Shown here piece after piece: positions 20,210 through 26,468 of a stretch of DNA of 64,000 nucleotides. The stretch spans positions 1 through 64,000 of the IMG/VR virus record IMGVR_UViG_3300008108_000044, one strand, 5' to 3'. The notes under the pieces were generated by a model. It was given only the letters and a program-made list of their open reading frames with translations, was not told where the DNA came from and made no database searches. The translations under genes were made by a program, and so were the position numbers. Numbering within the stretch: the first letter of the stretch is position 1; each line of letters begins with the position of its first letter. Origin of the DNA: a virus.

Positions 20210-20238
20210 TTGCTATATAAAGTAACTAGGGGTATAAT
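20210..20238 (+). promoter_or_regulatory. Sigma70-type promoter
   Basis: TTGCTA-17 nt-TATAAT; the -10 is flanked by TAGGGG/CCCCTA inverted repeats. Confidence 0.7.
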
Positions 20239-20248
20239 AATCCCCTAA

Positions 20249-20502
20249 CGTTCATCCTATGACTAAGGCACTTTTGCTCTTGGCATGGGTTCCACTTCTT
20301 TCTATTTCTACGCCTCAACTTGCTAAATCTAATCAGGTGACAATAAGTTGCGACGCAGCGTGGGAACTAATGGACATCGTTAAAAACGACGATGTAGTAG
20401 ACCAAAGAAGAGAAGACCGATTGCTATCAGAACTCCGAAAGGATGTTGTGAAACTTAAGTGCTAAACAATTAAATAGGACGGAAGTAAGCCGACTCGGAA
20501 CG
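20249..20502 (+). ncRNA. Glutamine riboswitch (glnA motif)-like aptamer 1 with ORF inside the P2 loop
   Basis: CGTTCA-TCCTAT...ATAGGA-CGGAAGTAAG..GGAACG; P1 CGTTC/GAACG, P2 TCCTAT/ATAGGA. Confidence 0.65.
20259..20465 (+). CDS. Small protein with signal-peptide-like N-terminus and C-x36-C, nested in aptamer 1
   Basis: 68 aa ORF; ATG lies in the P2 5' strand. Confidence 0.55.
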   Translation: MTKALLLLAWVPLLSISTPQLAKSNQVTISCDAAWELMDIVKNDDVVDQRREDRLLSELRKDVVKLKC

Positions 20503-20505
20503 GAT

Positions 20506-20675
20506 CGTTCATCTATGGAGACACTCATTCTTACATGTTTACAAGCACAATTAATTGCTGGGAGAGTTCATCAACAGAACATTCCCAAACAAGCAAAGAA
20601 TGATTTAATTTGGGAGATCAAACAGATCTCTCCAAAAGAGTGTAAAATAGACGCAAAAGCCGACTGAAGGAACGC
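20506..20675 (+). ncRNA. Glutamine riboswitch (glnA motif)-like aptamer 2 with ORF inside the P2 loop
   Basis: CGTTCA-TCTAT...ATAGA-CGCAAAAGCCGACTGAAGGAACGC; directly upstream of the DUF4278 gene. Confidence 0.7.
20515..20667 (+). CDS. Small protein (50 aa, C-x34-C) nested in aptamer 2; not in ORF track
   Basis: Manual translation METLILTCLQAQLIAGRVHQQNIPKQAKNDLIWEIKQISPKECKIDAKAD. Confidence 0.55.
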   Translation: METLILTCLQAQLIAGRVHQQNIPKQAKNDLIWEIKQISPKECKIDAKAD

Positions 20676-20707
20676 TCTTTAACCTCAAAAACTAAGGAGA
20701 AAACCTA

Positions 20708-20869
20708 ATGTCACAAGTCACTTATAGAGGGTGTAAGTACAACACCGAAGATGCAAAAAGAGAGTATGTCTCTTGGTATAACCAAACTCATGCTCCTGCT
20801 CATCCACATAATACATATCGTGGAGTAGCATATCGTCCTTGTAATAATAACAAGGAGGTATCACAATGA
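20708..20869 (+). CDS. DUF4278 domain protein (53 aa; not in ORF track)
   Basis: MSQVTYRGCKY...NTYRGVAY, two YRG(V)xY repeats; AAGGAG RBS. Confidence 0.8.
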   Translation: MSQVTYRGCKYNTEDAKREYVSWYNQTHAPAHPHNTYRGVAYRPCNNNKEVSQ

Positions 20870-20967
20870 ATACTTACTTCGTTCGCTATCTCAAACTCAA
20901 AGCAAAGAAGGAAAAACTCCTTCACAATGCACAACTGAATATGGCAAAGCAACCACAAGTTGCTTAA
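20866..20967 (+). CDS. Basic 33-aa peptide translationally coupled to the DUF4278 gene
   Basis: MNTYFVRYLKLKAKKEKLLHNAQLNMAKQPQVA; GGAGG RBS and ATGA overlap. Confidence 0.55.
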   Translation: MNTYFVRYLKLKAKKEKLLHNAQLNMAKQPQVA

Positions 20968-20970
20968 TGT

Positions 20971-21000
20971 AAAGGAGGGGTTGATCCCCTCCTTTTTTTA
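20971..21000 (+). terminator. Rho-independent terminator overlapping the next promoter
   Basis: AAAGGAGGGG-TTGAT-CCCCTCCTTT hairpin plus T-tract; TTGATC-17-TATAAT overlaps it. Confidence 0.8.
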
Positions 21001-21031
21001 TAGTATAATTTAAAAGAGTTCTTCATCTAAA

Positions 21032-21196
21032 ATGGAAAGGGATAAATTAAAAGCATTGGTCCGTGATCTTAAAAGAATTGTTGAAGAAATAGAATCAGAG
21101 GTATTTTCAGATACTGATAGTTATATTTCTGAATATAATTATGGTATTACTGATTATGATGAAGTATTTGAGGATGATGATGGATACTGCGATTAA
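21032..21196 (+). CDS. Small acidic cyanophage protein (54 aa; not in ORF track)
   Basis: MERDKLKALVRDLKRIVEEIESEVFSD...DDDGYCD. Confidence 0.6.
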   Translation: MERDKLKALVRDLKRIVEEIESEVFSDTDSYISEYNYGITDYDEVFEDDDGYCD

Positions 21197-21749
21197 TATT
21201 TACCATAGGTATTTGAATCTCCCATTCACTATTGGACCACTGGACATATTTAAGCATTGTGATAATCAGATAAAACATTTTTACATTAATGATTATCCAT
21301 TTTATCCAATGGAAGAATTATTCAGTGATTTGGGATTAATACTGCATCTTAAGGAAGTTTTTTATACACCACCATTCTCTAAAATTCCGATTCATACTGA
21401 TCATGGGCACTATACAAACCATGCCAAAATCAATATGACTTGGGGACCAGATGAAGGTGTGATACAATGGTGGAAGAGTGATAAAGTTAAAAGGATGCAA
21501 TTGAACGGGCATCAAGATAACACGAGCGAATATCACGATAATCTGTGGGCAGAAGAAGAAGATTGTGAACTTCTTTATGAAGCAAATACCAATCGTCCAA
21601 GTCTAGTTAATGTTGGTATTCTTCACGGCACAAACAATCCCACACCGCATGGTAGATGGACGTTATGCTTTGTCCCAGTCAACCAAGCAGGTCAATTTAT
21701 TCACTGGGATTCCGCATTGGAAATTTTTAAAAATTATTTGGAGAGTTAA
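21180..21749 (+). CDS. Putative cupin/2OG-Fe(II) oxygenase-like protein
   Basis: IHTD...KIN...LVNVG.LHG.N...RW. Confidence 0.5.
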   Translation: MDTAINIYHRYLNLPFTIGPLDIFKHCDNQIKHFYINDYPFYPMEELFSDLGLILHLKEVFYTPPFSKIPIHTDHGHYTNHAKINMTWGPDEGVIQWWKSDKVKRMQLNGHQDNTSEYHDNLWAEEEDCELLYEANTNRPSLVNVGILHGTNNPTPHGRWTLCFVPVNQAGQFIHWDSALEIFKNYLES

Positions 21750-22466
21750 ATGTCTAATATTGTTAAACTGATTGCTGTTACTCAAGGTGCAGGAGAACTT
21801 TCTGGAAAGTCTGCACAGGAAGTAATTACATACAATGCTCGTGTAAGCAATCCAAGTAATCAACTTAAATTTGATACTGCTGCTGGACTTCTTCGGTATT
21901 GTATTAAGGAAAACCATTGGTCTATCTTTGAGCAAGCAGATATGACACTTGAAATTAATACCACTAGAGGTATCGCAGCCCAAGTGCTTCGTCATAGGTC
22001 GTTTACATTTCAAGAATTTTCACAACGTTACGCAGATACAAAATTACTTACTGATCTTCCTGAGGTTCCTGAACTTCGCAGGCAAGATGAAAAGAATCGT
22101 CAGAACTCAACCAATGATCTGGATGAGCATGTGCGTGAAAAGTTTGAGGGAATGATTGAGCAGCACTTTGAAGAGGCGCAACGTCTCTATGATAAGATGC
22201 TTGATCATGGAGTTGCAAAGGAATGTGCAAGGTTTGTGCTCCCACTCGCAACACCAACAAGAATTTACATGAAGGGCTCTGTAAGGTCATGGATCCATTA
22301 TATTGACCTTCGTTCTGCTCATGGCACCCAGAAGGAGCACATGAACATTGCAGAAGCAGCACGTTGCGTCTTTATCTGTCAGTTCCCTGATATTGCTAAG
22401 GCACTTGGTTGGGAACCAGAAAATTGTCCAGAGTGTAATGATGCTCCTTCTATTATCATTGAATAA
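21750..22466 (+). CDS. thyX: Flavin-dependent thymidylate synthase
   Basis: RHRSFTFQEFSQRY ThyX motif; HWSIFE; E.ARFVLP. Confidence 0.95.
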   Translation: MSNIVKLIAVTQGAGELSGKSAQEVITYNARVSNPSNQLKFDTAAGLLRYCIKENHWSIFEQADMTLEINTTRGIAAQVLRHRSFTFQEFSQRYADTKLLTDLPEVPELRRQDEKNRQNSTNDLDEHVREKFEGMIEQHFEEAQRLYDKMLDHGVAKECARFVLPLATPTRIYMKGSVRSWIHYIDLRSAHGTQKEHMNIAEAARCVFICQFPDIAKALGWEPENCPECNDAPSIIIE

Positions 22467-22490
22467 ATAAATTATCCTTCGGTATTAAAT

Positions 22491-22733
22491 ATGGCAATTT
22501 ATCCCATTATTCATAAAGAAACAGGTGAGAAGAAGGTTATTGAGATGAGCGTTCATGATATCCAACAATGGTATGTGGATAATCCTGAATGGCAGAGAGA
22601 TTGGTCCGAAGGGTGTGCTTCCGCCGCTGAAGTAGGTGAGTGGAAGGACAAACTTATCAAATCTAAACCAGGATGGAATGAAGTTCTGGAAAGAGCATCA
22701 AAAGCACCAAAATCCAACGTTAAGAAGATTTAA
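22491..22733 (+). CDS. Conserved T4-like cyanophage protein upstream of phoH
   Basis: MAIYP..HKETGE...GWNEVL; AATAAATA upstream. Confidence 0.6.
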   Translation: MAIYPIIHKETGEKKVIEMSVHDIQQWYVDNPEWQRDWSEGCASAAEVGEWKDKLIKSKPGWNEVLERASKAPKSNVKKI

Positions 22734-22736
22734 CTT

Positions 22737-23495
22737 ATGCCAAGTAGAAAAAGAAGAACCGATTTGCAACCAATTGGTGTTGGCATGACTGCCAAACAAA
22801 TGAAGAGAAGAAAACCTGTAAACATAGACTTTTTACTTGATATCGAACCTCTAAATGATAATCAAGCTAGATTATTTGAATCCTTTGATCAAGATAAAAA
22901 CATCGTTGCTTATGGTGCGGCAGGAACAGGTAAAACTTTTATCACTCTTTATAATGCTTTAAAGGATGTTTTATCTGAGAATACACCTTATGAAAAGATT
23001 TACATTGTAAGGTCTTTAGTTGCTACTAGAGAAATCGGATTCCTTCCTGGCACACACGAAGATAAAGCAGATATCTATCAGATTCCATACAAGAACATGG
23101 TTAAATACATGTTCCAAATGGCAACAGATGCTGACTTTGAAATGCTGTATGGAAATTTAAAGACACAAGGCACAGTTAGTTTTTGGTCAACTTCTTTCTT
23201 GAGAGGAACAACTCTTGATAAATCTATTATCATTGTTGATGAATTCCAAAACTTGAATTTTCATGAACTTGATAGTATAATCACAAGATCGGGTGAGAAT
23301 ACCAAGATTTGTTTCTGTGGTGATGCAACTCAATCAGACTTGCAAAAAACTAATGAAAGAAATGGTATCATCGATTTTATGAAAATTCTTAGAGTTATGC
23401 CTTCGTTTGATATTATTGAGTTTGGTCTTGATGATATTGTTCGTTCGGGTCTCTGTAAAGAATACTTAATTGCAAAACATGAATTAGGATTTTGA
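22737..23495 (+). CDS. phoH: PhoH-like ATPase
   Basis: GAAGTGKT, GFLPG, LRGTT, DEFQN, GD..QSD. Confidence 0.93.
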   Translation: MPSRKRRTDLQPIGVGMTAKQMKRRKPVNIDFLLDIEPLNDNQARLFESFDQDKNIVAYGAAGTGKTFITLYNALKDVLSENTPYEKIYIVRSLVATREIGFLPGTHEDKADIYQIPYKNMVKYMFQMATDADFEMLYGNLKTQGTVSFWSTSFLRGTTLDKSIIIVDEFQNLNFHELDSIITRSGENTKICFCGDATQSDLQKTNERNGIIDFMKILRVMPSFDIIEFGLDDIVRSGLCKEYLIAKHELGF

Positions 23496-24175
23496 TGTTT
23501 AATCACATTGATTTGAATCTTCCCAAGTTAAATCGGGAAACTATAGATGGTGTTCGTTATTATCAAGTACCAGACGATGGAGAACTACTTAAGTTAGTTT
23601 CTATTACTTCGGTAACTAGTCATAAAAATCGCCAGTTCTTTGCGAACTGGCGTAAAAAAGTTGGCGAGGCAGAGGCAGATAAAATTACACGACAAGCAAC
23701 AAGTCGTGGAACTGACATGCATAGTCTAGTAGAAAATTATCTTTACAATATTCCAGAACTTCCTAAAGTTCAACCATTGTCAGAATTCTTATTTAAAATT
23801 GCTCAAGCAGATTTAAAAAGAATAAATAATATTTACGCTCTTGAAGGTTCTATGTACAGCAAGGTTCTGGGAATCGCTGGGACCGTAGACTGTATTGCTG
23901 AGTTTGATGGAGAACTTGCAATTATTGATTTCAAGACATCAAAAAAACCTAAACCTGTAGAGTGGATCGAACATTATTTTGTACAATGTATGGCATATGG
24001 ATGTATGCTGTATGAACTTACTGGATTACAAGTAAAAAAACTTGTCATTATTATGGCATGTGAAAATGGAGAATGTGTTGTTTATGAAGAATACGACAAG
24101 TCAAAATACATCAAGTTACTCATGGAGTACACTAGAGAGTTTCTTAAATACAAATTGGAAAGCTATGCCAGTTAA
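23495..24175 (+). CDS. PD-(D/E)XK exonuclease (phage Cas4-like/exonuclease A)
   Basis: SITSV, RGT.MH, AGTVDC, IIDFKTS, Q..AY. Confidence 0.85.
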   Translation: MFNHIDLNLPKLNRETIDGVRYYQVPDDGELLKLVSITSVTSHKNRQFFANWRKKVGEAEADKITRQATSRGTDMHSLVENYLYNIPELPKVQPLSEFLFKIAQADLKRINNIYALEGSMYSKVLGIAGTVDCIAEFDGELAIIDFKTSKKPKPVEWIEHYFVQCMAYGCMLYELTGLQVKKLVIIMACENGECVVYEEYDKSKYIKLLMEYTREFLKYKLESYAS

Positions 24176-24434
24176 ACTAGAAGACGAGTTTGAAAAGGTA
24201 TTAGAAAAAAAGTTTTTTTGTCCAACCAAATTTGCTCAAGAGATTGAAGTTCTGGTTAAAAATAATAAGGACATGAATTATATTGATGCGATCATTCATT
24301 TTTGTGATAAAAATAGTATTGATCTGGAGTCAGTTCCTAAACTTATATCTAAACCATTAAAAGAAAAGATAAAGTACGATGCGATGGAGTTGAACTTCCT
24401 TAAGAGAACTTCCAGAGCAAAATTGGTTTTTTAA
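24165..24434 (+). CDS. gp33: Late promoter transcription coactivator gp33
   Basis: YIDAI..FC...LKEKI..DA.ELNFL; position next to gp59/gp32. Confidence 0.85.
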   Translation: MPVKLEDEFEKVLEKKFFCPTKFAQEIEVLVKNNKDMNYIDAIIHFCDKNSIDLESVPKLISKPLKEKIKYDAMELNFLKRTSRAKLVF

Positions 24435-24493
24435 TTAAGAAAAAGTCGGAAAATTTATCGCGGGGAAAAATCCAAAAAACCCCTTTTGTAAAA

Positions 24494-25081
24494 ATGACTC
24501 CTTTTGATGTATATAAAACTTACTTATCTTTGAAAAATCATTTTACAAAAGATAATTACGATTACCACAAATATTGTGGTAAAACTCGTGCGTCTTTGCA
24601 GTCCTTTTACAAAAGGAAGGATAGATATTGGTTTGAAAAACTAAGTAGACAAAAAAACGATCAGGAGATCGTAGATTATTTTGTTTCCAACTTTATTGTG
24701 TCTGGGGATGCAGACTCACTCTGGATTGGTGAAATGATTAGATCTGGAGAATCTGTGTATAATGATTGGAAACGGAAAAAGGAGTCTCTAACATATCTGT
24801 TTAAGGAAGAGACAGAATCTCTTTTTGGAGAATATGAATTAGATGCTGTTTTTGACTGTTCTAAAGGACATCCGCCATTATTAAAAAAATACTTGATTGG
24901 TAAAATTAGTTTAGAGACTCTTGTAATTTATGATCGAATATTTTTGTTTGGTAAACAATTTGATAAAAAATTGGATGATCCAGTTTGGCAGTTGGTATCA
25001 AAAAATATTAAAAAGTACAGTTCTTTCCTAAATATTGATATATTTAAGTTTAGAAAAATTTTAAAGGAGTGTGTATTATGA
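24494..25081 (+). CDS. gp59: Helicase loader gp59
   Basis: Y..YL.LKNHF...YDY.KY.GK...F.KRKD. Confidence 0.88.
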   Translation: MTPFDVYKTYLSLKNHFTKDNYDYHKYCGKTRASLQSFYKRKDRYWFEKLSRQKNDQEIVDYFVSNFIVSGDADSLWIGEMIRSGESVYNDWKRKKESLTYLFKEETESLFGEYELDAVFDCSKGHPPLLKKYLIGKISLETLVIYDRIFLFGKQFDKKLDDPVWQLVSKNIKKYSSFLNIDIFKFRKILKECVL

Positions 25082-25416
25082 GTTTTTTTGATTCTGAAGT
25101 CGTTCGCTCTGAAATAGCACATATTAATGAACTTCAGGAAGAACTCTATAATAGCATGTTCAAGTTTTTTAAGATGGACCGACAAGGAAAACTTGACCAC
25201 GTAAATTTACTCCAAAATTTGCTAGAAAAGCAAAAAGTTTTATACACAAGATTGTCTCTGTCTGACGATCCAGAGGCAAAAAAGATGAAAGAGAATATAT
25301 CTAAGTCTGCCATGATGATGGGTCTTCCAGAAGGCATGGACATGAACATCATTTTTTCAAATATGGAAAAGTTGATCCAGCAAATGAAAGATCAGGTCAA
25401 TAAAACAGAAGGTTGA
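25078..25416 (+). CDS. DUF1825 family protein
   Basis: MSFFDSEVV...RLSLSDDPEA. Confidence 0.75.
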   Translation: MSFFDSEVVRSEIAHINELQEELYNSMFKFFKMDRQGKLDHVNLLQNLLEKQKVLYTRLSLSDDPEAKKMKENISKSAMMMGLPEGMDMNIIFSNMEKLIQQMKDQVNKTEG

Positions 25417-25475
25417 CATACAAGGGGACTTGCACTATATTGGTAAGTGTCCACCGCAAGTCCCCTTAAGGACAC
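25413..25475 (+). promoter_or_regulatory. gp32 promoter with alternative stem-loops in the leader
   Basis: TTGACA-17-TATATT; inverted repeat AAGGGGACTTGC/GCAAGTCCCCTT; GTGTCC/GGACAC. Confidence 0.6.
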
Positions 25476-25511
25476 ACACAAGCCGAATCTCACAAAATAC
25501 GAGGTAATCTA

Positions 25512-26468
25512 ATGTCTTTCGCAGATCTTAAGAAGCAATCTTCTCTTGGTTCTCTTACTCAAAAACTGGTAAAAGAAGTTGAGAAGATGAATAACGGATC
25601 TAACGGCGCTGATGAGCGTCTTTGGAAACCAGAAATGGATAAAACTGGCAATGGTTATGCAGTTATCCGATTTCTCCCTGCTCCCGAGGGTGAAGATCTT
25701 CCTTGGGTAAAAATGTACTCACACGGATTCCAAGGTCCTGGTGGTTGGTATATTGAAAATTCTTTGACCACTATTGGACAAAAAGATCCAGTATCTGAAT
25801 ACAATCGCGGTCTTTGGAACAGTGGTAATGAAAAGGACAAAGAAACTGTTCGCAAGCAAAAACGTAAACTGTCTTACTACAGCAATATCTACGTTGTAAA
25901 AGACCCTGCCAATCCTGCTAATGAGGGTAAAGTATTCCTCTTTAAGTATGGTGCTAAAATCTTTGATAAGGTGATGGCAGCAATGCAACCAGAATTTGAA
26001 GATGAGGAACCAATTAATCCCTTTGACTTCTGGCAAGGTGCTAATTTCAAACTGAAACTTCGTAAAGTTGATGGTTATTGGAATTACGATAAGTCTGAGT
26101 TTGATCGTCAAGCACCCCTTCTTGAAGATGATGATGCTCTTGAAGGAATTTGGAAAAAGCAATATTCTCTTCAAAGTCTTGTTGCTCCTTCTGAGTTTAA
26201 AACTTTTGAAGAACTTCAAAAACGTCTTGATTATGTTCTTGGTAAGAAAGGAACTCCTCGTCTCCAAAATATGGACGAAGAACTCCAAAGTGAAGATGAA
26301 GGTCGTGGATCATTCACTCCTAGTTTTGGATCTCGTACTGAGAAATCAGAACTTCCAGAAGAACTTAGTGCTCAACTAAATTCTCTTGGTTCTTCTAAAT
26401 CAACTGCAGATGAAGAAGAAGAGGATGATGATGCTCTGAGTTATTTTCAGCGTCTCGCAGAGAGCTGA
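25512..26468 (+). CDS. gp32: Single-stranded DNA-binding protein gp32
   Basis: DKTGNGYAVIRFLPA, WYIENS, GANFKLK, NYDKSEF, acidic tail. Confidence 0.95.
   Translation: MSFADLKKQSSLGSLTQKLVKEVEKMNNGSNGADERLWKPEMDKTGNGYAVIRFLPAPEGEDLPWVKMYSHGFQGPGGWYIENSLTTIGQKDPVSEYNRGLWNSGNEKDKETVRKQKRKLSYYSNIYVVKDPANPANEGKVFLFKYGAKIFDKVMAAMQPEFEDEEPINPFDFWQGANFKLKLRKVDGYWNYDKSEFDRQAPLLEDDDALEGIWKKQYSLQSLVAPSEFKTFEELQKRLDYVLGKKGTPRLQNMDEELQSEDEGRGSFTPSFGSRTEKSELPEELSAQLNSLGSSKSTADEEEEDDDALSYFQRLAES

Noticed and set aside
23495-24175. Cas4-like nuclease suggesting CRISPR
   Set aside because: No repeat-spacer array or other cas genes seen; this is the usual exonuclease next to phoH in T4-like cyanophages
25719-26379. 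Overlapping ORFs within gp32
   Set aside because: Alternate-frame or antisense shadows with no supporting signals
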